From Minisyncoccia bacterium (GTDB taxonomy: Bacteria; Patescibacteriota; Minisyncoccia; Phycocordibacterales; PALSA-1337): DNA of 64,000 bases. This document shows, one piece after another, positions 23,383 through 32,478 of this stretch (positions are counted from its first letter, which is position 1; every line of letters starts with the position of its first letter). A program made the translations under genes and the position numbers. The stretch spans positions 4,085 through 68,084 of the forward strand of contig JBEKVT010000001.1 in the NCBI GenBank assembly GCA_049997795.1, in the 5' to 3' direction. Below the pieces are notes generated by a model. That model did no database searches, was not told the origin of the DNA, and saw only the letters and a list, made by a program, of their open reading frames with translations.

Positions 23383-24783
23383 ATGAACCGCGCTTATATC
23401 AAGGATCTTAAGGCCGCAGTCGGCAAGGAGGCCTCCATTTCCGGCTGGGTGGATGTGCGGCGCGATCACGGCAAGCTCATCTTCATCGACTTGCGGGACA
23501 TGACCGGAAGAGTGCAGACAGTGGCCATGCCCCAGAACAAGGAGGCTCACGCGACGGCGGACAAAGTCAGGTCAGAATGGGTGGTGAGAGCGACGGGCGT
23601 AGTGAATAAGCGGCCGGAGAAGATGGTAGCCAAAGACGAAGAGAACGGCGACATCGAGATCGAATTGAAGAAGCTTGAGGTCCTGAACGAGGCGAATACG
23701 CCTCCTTTCGATGTCCGCGATGACGGGCACAAAATCAATGAAGACATGCGCTTAAAATATCGTTACCTCGATCTCAGGCGGCCGCGGATGCAGAGGAATA
23801 TCCGACAGCGCGACAAAATCATCACTTTTTTCCGGGACTACATGCATAAAAATGATTTCGTGGAAATCGAGACGCCGATCCTCATGAGGGGCACGCCGGA
23901 AGGGTCCCGCGAGTACGTCGTGCCGTCGCGCCTGGAGAACGGCAAATTCTACGTCCTTCCCCAGTCTCCCCAGCAATTCAAGCAGCTTTGCATGGTGGCC
24001 GGCTTCGAGAAGTATTTCCAGATCGCTCGATGTTTCCGAGATGAGGACACCCGCGGCGATCGTCAGCCGGAATTCACCCAGCTGGACTTCGAGATGTCGT
24101 TCGTCACGCAAGAAGACGTTATGAGGTATACCGAGACAATGTTCATTGAACTCGTAAAGGTCTTGTATCCGAACAAGAAAATATCGCAAACGCCGTTCAC
24201 CCGCCTGACGTACGCCGAGACTATGAAGAAATACGGCAATGACAAGCCGGACTTGCGGAAAGACAAGAACGACCCGAATGAGCTGGCATTCGTCTGGATC
24301 TTCGACTTCCCTATGTTCGAGAAAGATGAGGAAGGAAAAATTCAGGCTACTCATCACCCGTTCTGCTCCATCAAAGACGAGGACATAGACAAATTCATGT
24401 CCGGCAAAGACTTGATGTCCATCCGTGCCAATTCATACGATCTGGTCTTGAACGGCTACGAATTGAGTTCCGGTTCGATCCGCATCCACAAGGCCGAGAT
24501 GCAGCAGAAAGTCTTCGAATATCTCGACATCTCACCGGAAGAACAGCAGAAGAGGTTCGGCCACATGCTCGAGGCCTTCAGATTCGGCACGCCTCCCCAC
24601 GGCGGCTTCGCTCCAGGCATCGACCGCATCGTCATGATCCTCGAGAACGAGCCGAACATCCGCGAGGTCATCGCTTTCGCCAAGACCGGCGAGGGCAAGG
24701 ACCTCATGATGGGCGCGCCGAGCGAGATCACGGAGAGACAATTCAGGGAATTAGGGATCGAATTGAGAAAGAAAAAGAAATAG
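23383..24783 (+). CDS. aspS: Aspartate--tRNA ligase (compact, ~466 aa form)
   Basis: N-terminal OB fold, then class II motifs ...FRDEDTRGDRQPEFTQLDFEMSF and ...GGFAPGIDRIVMIL. The likely start is MNRAYI; the track ORF starts 6 codons earlier. Confidence 0.85.
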   Translation: MNRAYIKDLKAAVGKEASISGWVDVRRDHGKLIFIDLRDMTGRVQTVAMPQNKEAHATADKVRSEWVVRATGVVNKRPEKMVAKDEENGDIEIELKKLEVLNEANTPPFDVRDDGHKINEDMRLKYRYLDLRRPRMQRNIRQRDKIITFFRDYMHKNDFVEIETPILMRGTPEGSREYVVPSRLENGKFYVLPQSPQQFKQLCMVAGFEKYFQIARCFRDEDTRGDRQPEFTQLDFEMSFVTQEDVMRYTETMFIELVKVLYPNKKISQTPFTRLTYAETMKKYGNDKPDLRKDKNDPNELAFVWIFDFPMFEKDEEGKIQATHHPFCSIKDEDIDKFMSGKDLMSIRANSYDLVLNGYELSSGSIRIHKAEMQQKVFEYLDISPEEQQKRFGHMLEAFRFGTPPHGGFAPGIDRIVMILENEPNIREVIAFAKTGEGKDLMMGAPSEITERQFRELGIELRKKKK

Positions 24784-24953
24784 ACTATTGACGTACGCGG
24801 CATCCCGAGATATTTTAAGGACTGGCCTGGAAACAGCTCGGCCGGTTCGGGCCGTGGGTTAAATCTCAAGCTGGCCGGGAGATAACTCCCGCAGGGGAGC
24901 GAACCGCGTCGCGATCGACTAAAGGACTCTTTCAAACGGTTTTAGGCCTCTGG

Positions 24954-24989
24954 GCCGGCTATTCATTTAGCCGGCTCTTAATTTTTTGG
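24954..24989 (+). terminator. Intrinsic terminator about 170 bp downstream of aspS, abutting the convergent TspO gene
   Basis: Stem GCCGGCT/AGCCGGC with loop ATTCATTT, followed by TCTTAATTTTTTGG. Confidence 0.5.
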
Positions 24990-25388
24990 TCATCCGTTCA
25001 ACCACGTCACGGCAAGCTGCAGCACCGTGGCGAACGACACCCAGGCGAGGTATGGGATTTGCCAGTACGCCAATTTGCGGGAATAAGGCCAGATGGCGGC
25101 CATGGCCCAGATCAAGGTGCCGAGAACGAACAAGATGTCTGCCGCCGCCAGGTAATTGTCTTGCAGCTGGAATTGGAGCGGCGAGAACGCGAGGTTGAAG
25201 AAGAGATTCAGGATGAACGGTATCGCGACATTCCTGGGGATAGTTTCTTTGGACGCCAAATAGAAGACGCGGATGAATGTGACGGCGATGATCGCATACA
25301 GAACGCTCCAGACCGGAGCGAACAGCCAGGCCGGCGGAGCGAACGGCGGCTTGACGAGGGACATGTACCAAACGGCAGTTTGGCTCAT
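24990..25388 (-). CDS. tspO: TspO/MBR-family tryptophan-rich sensory protein
   Basis: 132 aa, about 4-5 TM, Trp-rich (WYMSL..PPFAPPAWLFAPVWSVLY...). Confidence 0.8.
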   Translation of the reverse strand: MSQTAVWYMSLVKPPFAPPAWLFAPVWSVLYAIIAVTFIRVFYLASKETIPRNVAIPFILNLFFNLAFSPLQFQLQDNYLAAADILFVLGTLIWAMAAIWPYSRKLAYWQIPYLAWVSFATVLQLAVTWLNG

Positions 25389-25403
25389 GGAGATCTGGTG
25401 CGA

Positions 25404-25823
25404 TTACTCTCGGCGGCGCAGGCTGAGGACAGATACGACGAAAATGGCTATGTAGAAGACGAGCCCGTAAGCGCAGCTCGGCAGGCCGAGAGTGTACGGA
25501 ATGATGTGGCCAAGACCGATCCAGGACGATACTTCCTGGACGACGAAGCTGCCGGCGAAGATGATGCCGAGGAATGAGACGGTGGCGATCGTGGTTAGCG
25601 GGTTCCTGGCGCGCTCCGCCGGCACGGCAAGAGCCCAGATAGCCGCGACAGTCATGATGAGATACATGGCGAACCCGTACAGGCAGGCCGGATATCCGAG
25701 GAAGTAGGGACAGGATTCGCCGAGAGCGCAGCTATTAGTCATTAGCTTGACGCCGCTCAGATAGCCGGAGAATAAAAGACCGGCGATCGAAAGCCCGAGG
25801 AGCCAATAGAGACGATTTTTCAT
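25404..25823 (-). CDS. Four-TM membrane protein with 4 conserved Cys (possible DsbB/VKOR-like thiol-disulfide membrane oxidoreductase)
   Basis: 139 aa. Loop Cys residues occur in NSCALGESCPYFLGYPAC and LPSCAYG. It lies between tspO and msrB in an oxidative-stress cluster. The family assignment is tentative. Confidence 0.45.
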   Translation of the reverse strand: MKNRLYWLLGLSIAGLLFSGYLSGVKLMTNSCALGESCPYFLGYPACLYGFAMYLIMTVAAIWALAVPAERARNPLTTIATVSFLGIIFAGSFVVQEVSSWIGLGHIIPYTLGLPSCAYGLVFYIAIFVVSVLSLRRRE

Positions 25824-25831
25824 AATATTTA

Positions 25832-26203
25832 TTATTGTTTAAATTGTAAGCACACCGAATTCATGCAATAGCGCTTACCGGTCTTGGTCGGGCCGTCATC
25901 GAATATGTGGCCCAGATGAGAGCCGCAGTTGGCACAGACGACCTCGGTGCGGGTCCCGCCGAGGCTCGTGTCGGCCTGGAACTTGACCGCGCCCGGCAGA
26001 GCCTGATCGAAAGAAGGCCAGCCGGTGCCGGAATCGAATTTCGCCGTCGAGGGGAAGAGCGGCGCGCCGCAGGCCTTGCAAACATAAGTGCCATCGCGCT
26101 TCTCCTTGAGGAGTTCGCCGGAAAAGGGCGCTTCCGTCCCCTTCTCGCGAAGGACTTTGTATTCCTCCGGGGTCAATCTCTTCTTGAAATCATCCTCGGT
26201 CAT
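25832..26203 (-). CDS. msrB: Peptide-methionine (R)-S-oxide reductase
   Basis: 123 aa with CKACGAPLF...GWPSF...CANCGSHLGHIFDDGP (the zinc CxxC pairs and the catalytic Cys). Confidence 0.9.
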   Translation of the reverse strand: MTEDDFKKRLTPEEYKVLREKGTEAPFSGELLKEKRDGTYVCKACGAPLFPSTAKFDSGTGWPSFDQALPGAVKFQADTSLGGTRTEVVCANCGSHLGHIFDDGPTKTGKRYCMNSVCLQFKQ

Positions 26204-26345
26204 GGAATTATTGTATCACGAATACAGCAAGACATGCCTCGGAGAAACATTCCCAGCGGGAGCCGGCCGAGCGCGTGATACTTTAGCCTTGAACCTTTCA
26301 AAAGTGGAGTTTCTCCGAGGCATGTCTTGCTGTATTCGGACTTGA

Positions 26346-26894
26346 TCACTTCAACAATTCATTGAAACGCTTTTGCAGCCTCTCCAATTTCGGGGCGATG
26401 ACCAATTGGCAATAAGGCTCGCTCGGATTGTGCCTGTAATATCCGCGATGATAATCCTCGGCTGGATAGAATTCGCGGAGCGGCCTCACGTCGGTCACGA
26501 CCGGGAGATCGTAGGCATGCGGATCGCTGAGCTCCTTCACCATGGACTCGGCCGCTCGTTTCTGGTCGTCGTCGGAGTAGAAGATCGCCGAATGATACTG
26601 GGGACCGACGTCAGTCCCCTGCCGGTCCAACGAGGTCGGGTCGTGGGTATTGAAGAAGACCGTCAGAAGGTCGTCGTATGATATGACGGCCGGGTCGAAT
26701 TCTATCTTTATGGATTCGATGTGGCCCGTATTCCCTGCCGATACCCGTTCATAGGTCGGATCCTTGGTGAAGCCTCCGGTGTAGCCGGGCATGACGGACT
26801 TGACTCCTTTGAGAGAAGCGAAGACGGCTTCCGTGCACCAGAAGCACCCTCCGCCGAAGACTGCAATAGCCATGGATCCATTGTATAATGGCAC
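26346..26894 (-). CDS. msrA: Peptide-methionine (S)-S-oxide reductase
   Basis: 182 aa with the GCFWC active site (AVFGGGCFWCTEAVF). Confidence 0.9.
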   Translation of the reverse strand: MPLYNGSMAIAVFGGGCFWCTEAVFASLKGVKSVMPGYTGGFTKDPTYERVSAGNTGHIESIKIEFDPAVISYDDLLTVFFNTHDPTSLDRQGTDVGPQYHSAIFYSDDDQKRAAESMVKELSDPHAYDLPVVTDVRPLREFYPAEDYHRGYYRHNPSEPYCQLVIAPKLERLQKRFNELLK

Positions 26895-26897
26895 TCA

Positions 26898-27067
26898 ATG
26901 AACGCCAAATCTCTCATCTGGATCGGCGTCTTCGTGGGCGGCACAGTCGGCAGCTATATCCCCGTTCTCTTCGGCGCCGACGTCTTCTCGTTCTCATCGA
27001 TCATCCTCGGCATGTTCGGCGGCCTATTCGGCATCTGGGCCGGATTCAAGCTGTCGCAGATGATATA
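26898..27067 (+). CDS. Small GlsB/YeaQ/YmgE-like Gly-zipper membrane protein (56 aa), probably leaderless
   Basis: MNAKSLIWIGVFVGGTVGSYIPVLFGADVFSFSSIILGMFGGLFGIWAGFKLSQMI. It is not in the ORF track because it is under 60 aa. A TGTATAAT -10 element at 26882-26889 ends about 8 bp before the ATG, and there is no SD. Confidence 0.45.
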
Positions 27068-27106
27068 AACCAGCCATGCCGGGGCGGCATGGTAGTATGG
27101 ATACCC

Positions 27107-27682
27107 ATGGATCATCAAAACGCGACCGATGAGGAGCTCGTCGAAGCCTGCAAGAAGCGCGATGATGCGGCTTTCCAGGAATTGATGCGCCGGCACATCC
27201 GGCCCATATTCAATTTCGTGAGACAGTACGTGAAGGCCGACGAAGACGTCGAGGATGTCGTCCAAGACGCCTTCTTCAAGGCCTGGAAACATGTCCGCCG
27301 TTTCAAGGCCGGCAAGACGTTCCGGCCATGGCTGTATGCCATTGCCCGGAACACCGCCCTCGACCATCTGAAGAAACGGCGGGCTACGGCCTTCTCCGAG
27401 CTGGATAACGACGAGACCGACCAGAGCTTCGCCGACACCCTAGAGGATGCGGAGCCGCTCGCCTCAGAGCTCTTCGAGCGCGCCGAATCTGCCGTCATGC
27501 TCGAGCCGTATCTCGACGCCCTGCACCCCGATCACCGCGCCGTGCTCGTCATGCGCTACCAAGAGGAGCTCTCGTTCGGCGAGATAGCGGACATCATGGA
27601 TAAGCCCATGAACACGGTAAAAAGCTGGCATTGGCGGGCCCTCGTCAAGCTCCGCCGGGATATGTCGCACCGAAAACCTTGA
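27107..27682 (+). CDS. ECF-type RNA polymerase sigma factor (sigma-70 family, regions 2 and 4)
   Basis: Starts MDHQNATDEELVEACKKRDD. Region 2.x is FQELMRRHIRPIFNFVRQYV...VQDAFFKAW. Region 4 is ...ELSFGEIADIMDKPMNTVKSWHWRALVKLR. The track ORF start at 26888 is over-extended. Confidence 0.8.
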   Translation: MDHQNATDEELVEACKKRDDAAFQELMRRHIRPIFNFVRQYVKADEDVEDVVQDAFFKAWKHVRRFKAGKTFRPWLYAIARNTALDHLKKRRATAFSELDNDETDQSFADTLEDAEPLASELFERAESAVMLEPYLDALHPDHRAVLVMRYQEELSFGEIADIMDKPMNTVKSWHWRALVKLRRDMSHRKP

Positions 27683-27734
27683 AATGCTCGTATTAGCAGG
27701 GTGATATAATAGGGCGTCGTCCCATCAAGAAAAA

Positions 27735-28124
27735 ATGAAGCAGATCTCACATATAGGTGACCCGCGCTCGGAAGAGAGGGTGCGTCTCGCCGTAATGAAG
27801 CGCATCGCGAGGCGGCGCCTTATGACGGCGCGAGCGTGGGCGGCCTGGCATGGCCTCCTTATCTTCGTGGCCGCCGTAGCCTTCGTGCCGGCCCTTCAAT
27901 ACACTCTGGCCCGCTCGGCATCGTCCGGCTTCAATTATTATGCGTCGCTATTCGCCTCTGACGGAGCGCATCTCGCCGGATCATGGAATTCACTCGCCTT
28001 GTCGCTCGCCGAATCGGCGCCGGTCTTGGACAGCATCTTCGTGCTCGCGGCCTTTTTCGTCTTCGCGTACTCGGCGCGTAAGATGGCCGGGGATCTTAGC
28101 CGTTTGCATTACTCATTATCATGA
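27735..28124 (+). CDS. Putative membrane anti-sigma factor
   Basis: 129 aa with a single TM after a short cytoplasmic N-terminus. It is immediately downstream of the ECF sigma. Confidence 0.45.
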   Translation: MKQISHIGDPRSEERVRLAVMKRIARRRLMTARAWAAWHGLLIFVAAVAFVPALQYTLARSASSGFNYYASLFASDGAHLAGSWNSLALSLAESAPVLDSIFVLAAFFVFAYSARKMAGDLSRLHYSLS

Positions 28125-28612
28125 AAGATTTCTTACAATCGCCCGGCTATTCAAGGATGATCTCCATCCTGGGTATCCTTCTTGCGGCTCTCGTCATATT
28201 CTGGGCCGGCACGGCCGTCGGATACCGGCAGGCGGAGTTCTCGTATCGCTGGAGCAACCACTACGCCGAAGTCTTCGGCGGCAGTTCGCCGTTCTCATTC
28301 AGGCCGGACACGGACGATCTCTCCGCTCCGAACGGCGCCGCCGGGATGATCGTGGCTGTGCATCTGCCGGAAGTCACGGTGAAGGATCCGGATCAGGCAG
28401 AAAAAGTCATCCTGATAAGCTCGAACACGGTCATCCGCCGGTTCCACGGCATCGCCACCACTTCCGACATCAGGACGGGCGATGTCTTGACCGCCATAGG
28501 CGAGCCTGACTCGGAAGGCAGGATCGTGGCGACATTCGTCCGTCTGGTGCCCCCGCCTCCTTCGAACGCTTCTGGAACGTTGGGAAGACAGCCGATGCCG
28601 GCGAACCCTTGA
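28121..28612 (+). CDS. Hypothetical membrane-anchored extracytoplasmic protein (same operon as the sigma/anti-sigma pair)
   Basis: 163 aa with an N-terminal TM. It overlaps the upstream gene's stop (ATGA). Confidence 0.45.
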   Translation: MKDFLQSPGYSRMISILGILLAALVIFWAGTAVGYRQAEFSYRWSNHYAEVFGGSSPFSFRPDTDDLSAPNGAAGMIVAVHLPEVTVKDPDQAEKVILISSNTVIRRFHGIATTSDIRTGDVLTAIGEPDSEGRIVATFVRLVPPPPSNASGTLGRQPMPANP

Positions 28613-28647
28613 TCGCCATAGCAAAGACCTTTAACGCATAATAACAG

Positions 28648-30498
28648 ATGAAAAACGCCCTTAATGCTTTCCGCGCCTTCGCAAAGGCGCATAAGATCCT
28701 GGTCTCCGTCATAGCCGTCACCTGCGTAGTCGGCGGCTATGAGATGTACGTCTCGGCCAAGAACGGGAGCGCCGTGCCGCAATACGTCGTCGCGCCGGCC
28801 ATGATCGGCAACATCGTCCAGACGGTCTCCGGCACCGGTCAGGTGACGGCGGCTAACCAGATAGACATCGCGAGCCAGGTCTCCGGCGCCATTACTTCCA
28901 TAGACAAGGCCGTTGGGGACCACGTTTACGCCGGCGACCTGATCTCCACCATCGACCCGACCGACGCTGCGACTAGCCTTGCTAGCGCCCGGTTGTCGCT
29001 CGCCCAGCTCACCGAGCCAGCCAAGCCCGGGGACATAGCGAACGCCGAGAATAGCCTGGAGAAGGCTTACAGCGACGGGTTCAATGCCGTGAGCAACGCC
29101 TTCATCGACCTGCACACGGTCATGCCGGGACTGAATAACATGTTCTATGAGCAGGGCGGCTTCCTCTCCGTCCAGAATTCAGCCTCCCTGGACAGCACAG
29201 GACAGGCCTACCGCTCGCAAGCCGGCTCGTCTTACGATAAAGCCAGCGCGGAATATCAAACGGTGCTCGCCGAGTACGCGGGGACGACGCGCAACAGCGC
29301 TACTTCGAGCATAGACAGGCTGATCTCCGATTCATACAGCCTGGAGAAGGACGTATCCAGCGCCGTCGGCGACGCCCAGAGCGCCATCACCTATATCACT
29401 GTGAACGAGCCCGACTATCAATCGAGGGGATCTTCGGCTGCAGAGAGCAGCGTCTCCTCATGGGGCAATCTCGCGAGTTCCGACGTCTCAGCCTTGGGCG
29501 GAGCGAGCAACACGATCGCGAGCGATGCGAATACTTTGAACAATCTCATAACCGGCGCCGATCCATTGGCCATCCAGGCGTCGGAGCTTTCGGTAGCCCA
29601 GGCTCAAAAGACATACGAAAAATATTTCATCCGGGCGCCGTTCGACGGAGTGATCGGCCGCATCCCCGTTTCCCTGTACAATCAAGCCAGCAATGGCACG
29701 GTCATCGCCACCGTGATAGGCAGCCAGAAGATCGCCAATATCTCCCTCGACGAAGTGGACGCCGCCAATGTCAAGGTCGGCCAGCCGGTCACCATAACTT
29801 TCGACGCCATAAGCGGCTTCACGGCGACCGGCACAGTCTCCGAAGTCGACCTGGTCGGGTCCGTCTCCGCTGGCGTAGTCTCCTATGGCGTCAAGATAGC
29901 CGTCAATACTCCCGACCCGCGCATCCTGCCTGGCATGAGCTTGAACGTCTCGATCGTCACGAACGAGATCGACGGCGTCCTCATCGTGCCGACGGCCGCA
30001 GTGAAGACCCAGGGCAATCGGAGCTATGTCCAGACATTCGACCAAGCCGTTGTCGGGTCTTATATACAGAGCCAGGCCGCGGCAAGCGGCAGGATGACCT
30101 CAGCCTCGAGCACCCGCAGCTTCGGGAACAGCGGGACCGGAAGCTTCGCCTCAAGCACCTACGCCTCGAGCACGGGAAGAACAGCCAACGGTTACGCCTC
30201 CAGCACTCGCGCCTTTTCGGGAAGCGGGACGGCTTCCGGACGGACCATATCCGTGACCATGCCCTCGGTCACGCCTCCGACCAGTACAGTCGTGACTATC
30301 GGACAATCTGATACCACCAATACGCAGATCTTAAGCGGCCTCACCGCCGGAGAATGGGTGGTCACCCGCACCGTCGCTGCGAGCGCCGCTTCGAGCGCGA
30401 GCGCTCCGAGCCTTCTGAGCAGCTTGGGTGCGAGAGCCGGCGGCGGGGCTGCCGGCGGCGCAGCCCGGGCGGCAGGCGGCGCGGCGGCAGGCAGGTAA
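28648..30498 (+). CDS. Efflux periplasmic adaptor (HlyD/MacA family) with a ~170-aa low-complexity S/T/A/G-rich C-terminal tail
   Basis: N-terminal TM, then coiled-coil and beta-barrel adaptor segments (...IAPFDGVIGRIPVSLYNQAS...). The tail ends ...AGGGAAGGAARAAGGAAAGR. Confidence 0.7.
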   Translation: MKNALNAFRAFAKAHKILVSVIAVTCVVGGYEMYVSAKNGSAVPQYVVAPAMIGNIVQTVSGTGQVTAANQIDIASQVSGAITSIDKAVGDHVYAGDLISTIDPTDAATSLASARLSLAQLTEPAKPGDIANAENSLEKAYSDGFNAVSNAFIDLHTVMPGLNNMFYEQGGFLSVQNSASLDSTGQAYRSQAGSSYDKASAEYQTVLAEYAGTTRNSATSSIDRLISDSYSLEKDVSSAVGDAQSAITYITVNEPDYQSRGSSAAESSVSSWGNLASSDVSALGGASNTIASDANTLNNLITGADPLAIQASELSVAQAQKTYEKYFIRAPFDGVIGRIPVSLYNQASNGTVIATVIGSQKIANISLDEVDAANVKVGQPVTITFDAISGFTATGTVSEVDLVGSVSAGVVSYGVKIAVNTPDPRILPGMSLNVSIVTNEIDGVLIVPTAAVKTQGNRSYVQTFDQAVVGSYIQSQAAASGRMTSASSTRSFGNSGTGSFASSTYASSTGRTANGYASSTRAFSGSGTASGRTISVTMPSVTPPTSTVVTIGQSDTTNTQILSGLTAGEWVVTRTVAASAASSASAPSLLSSLGARAGGGAAGGAARAAGGAAAGR

Positions 30499-30506
30499 AG
30501 GCGCTA

Positions 30507-31226
30507 ATGATAGAAGTCAAAGACATCGTCAAGACTTACATGAACGGCGACTTGGCTACCCATGCCTTGCGCGGCGTCTCTTTCAAGATTGACGATGGCG
30601 AATTTGTGGCTATCATGGGGCCTTCCGGCTCCGGAAAATCGACCTTGATGCATATCCTGGGGGCCTTGGACACGGCGACATCCGGGACATACCTTCTGGA
30701 CGGACAGGACGTATCCAAACTATCCGATGACGAGCTGGCGGAGATCCGCCGTAACAGGATCGGTTTCGTTTTCCAGTCTTTCAATCTCCTGCCGCGCGCC
30801 ACGGCGCTCCGCAACGTCACCCTGCCCTTGATCTATGCCGAGATCCCTGAGGATGAGCGCCTGAAACGGGCATATGCCTCGCTCCGGAGCGCCGGCTTCG
30901 ATGAAGACCATTACAATCATATGTCGAACCAGCTCTCGGGCGGCCAGATCCAGAGAGTCGCCATAGCCAGAGCGCTCGTCAACGACCCGGCGCTCATCTT
31001 GGCTGACGAACCGACCGGGAACTTGGATTCGGCGACCGGAGACATCGTCCTCGGGACTTTCCAAAAGCTGAATAAGGAGCTCCGCCGCACGGTGATCCTC
31101 ATCACCCACGAACGGGAAGTCGCCGAGCACGCCGATCGCATTGTCTACATAAGAGACGGCCTGATCGTCGAGGACGGCACCTCGCACGAGAAACGCTTGA
31201 TCGACCACGCCAAAAAGAAAACATGA
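30507..31226 (+). CDS. ABC transporter ATP-binding protein (MacB/LolD-type)
   Basis: Walker A GPSGSGKST, signature LSGGQIQRVAIARAL and Walker B LILADEPTGNLD. The start MIEVKDIVKTY is at 30507; the track ORF is over-extended upstream. Confidence 0.9.
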   Translation: MIEVKDIVKTYMNGDLATHALRGVSFKIDDGEFVAIMGPSGSGKSTLMHILGALDTATSGTYLLDGQDVSKLSDDELAEIRRNRIGFVFQSFNLLPRATALRNVTLPLIYAEIPEDERLKRAYASLRSAGFDEDHYNHMSNQLSGGQIQRVAIARALVNDPALILADEPTGNLDSATGDIVLGTFQKLNKELRRTVILITHEREVAEHADRIVYIRDGLIVEDGTSHEKRLIDHAKKKT

Positions 31227-32452
31227 CCAGCCGAGACATCTTGCACGAGACTTTTTCCGCCCTGACCGCCAATAAAGTGCGGACGACCTTGACTATGCTC
31301 GGCATCGTGATCGGCATCAGTTCGGTCATCAGCATGGTGGCGATCGGACAAGGCGCTCAAGGCTCGATCCAGGCTTCTATCCAAAGCCTCGGCTCTAACC
31401 TGCTCATTGTCTATCCTGGCGCTCAGCGGTCTTTCGGCTATGGCGCTTCGGCCGGCCGCGGCGCGGCTCAGACGCTCACTCCGGGCGACGAGAGTGCCAT
31501 CTCATCGCAAGTGGCGAACGTGACTGCCGTGGCGCCGGAAGTGGATGGGCGATATCAAGTCACCGCCCCGGGCACCAATACCAACACCTCGGTCACGGGC
31601 ACAGTCCCGGCATATACGGCGATCCGCAACGTCCAGATCGCCGACGGCAATTTCTTCAGCGATACCGACGTGACGAATCGCTCGAAGGTGGCCGTCATCG
31701 GGCCCACGGTCGTGAACGATCTCTTCGCGAGCGGCACCGAAGCGGTCGGGCAGATCATACGCATCAAAGGCCTCCAATTCACGGTCATCGGCGTGACGGT
31801 GTCCAAGGGCTCGAGCGGCGGCCCGGGCAATCAGGACGACGTCATATATGTGCCCTTGTCGGCGGCCCAGCTCTTCCTGTCCGGCAATACCACGTACTAC
31901 AGCACGATCGACGTCTCGGCGGCTGGGGAGAGCGACATGACCCAGGTCCAGAACGATATCACTGCTCTCCTTCTTTCCCGCCACAACATCGCAGATCCTA
32001 CTCTGGCCGATTTCAACGTATTGAACCAGGCCTCGATCGTCTCGGCCGCGTCGAGCGTCACTGGCACGTTCACTCTCCTCCTCGGCGCCGTGGCCGGCAT
32101 ATCGCTTCTGGTCGGCGGCATCGGCATCATGAACATGATGCTCACGACCGTGACCGAGCGCACTAAAGAGATCGGTCTCCGGAAAGCCATAGGCGCTAAG
32201 CGCCACGACATCAACGTGCAATTCCTCTCCGAGGCGGTAGCGCTCACGGTCTTGGGCGGCGCTGTCGGCGTCGCTCTGGGCTGGGCCGTCTGCGCGGTCT
32301 TGACCAACCTCGGCATCCTGGAGACGCAACTGTCTATGTCCTCGGTCCTCCTCGCCTTCGGCGTCTCGGCCGCGATCGGCATCATCTTCGGCTACTATCC
32401 GGCCAGACGGGCGTCGCGCCTGAATCCGATCGAAGCATTACGATACGAATAG
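31223..32452 (+). CDS. ABC transporter permease (MacB-like, FtsX/MacB periplasmic domain family)
   Basis: 409 aa with an N-terminal TM, a large periplasmic domain and 3 C-terminal TM helices. Its start overlaps the ATPase stop (ATGA). Confidence 0.85.
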   Translation: MTSRDILHETFSALTANKVRTTLTMLGIVIGISSVISMVAIGQGAQGSIQASIQSLGSNLLIVYPGAQRSFGYGASAGRGAAQTLTPGDESAISSQVANVTAVAPEVDGRYQVTAPGTNTNTSVTGTVPAYTAIRNVQIADGNFFSDTDVTNRSKVAVIGPTVVNDLFASGTEAVGQIIRIKGLQFTVIGVTVSKGSSGGPGNQDDVIYVPLSAAQLFLSGNTTYYSTIDVSAAGESDMTQVQNDITALLLSRHNIADPTLADFNVLNQASIVSAASSVTGTFTLLLGAVAGISLLVGGIGIMNMMLTTVTERTKEIGLRKAIGAKRHDINVQFLSEAVALTVLGGAVGVALGWAVCAVLTNLGILETQLSMSSVLLAFGVSAAIGIIFGYYPARRASRLNPIEALRYE

Positions 32453-32478
32453 CAGGCAACCCGCGCCCGGCGCGCCGA

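Noticed and set aside
24800-24900. tRNA gene downstream of aspS (T-arm-like CGGCC-GGTTCG-GGCCG)
   Set aside because: No D-arm, anticodon arm or acceptor pairing can be built at tRNA spacing. Only a T-arm-like hairpin is present.
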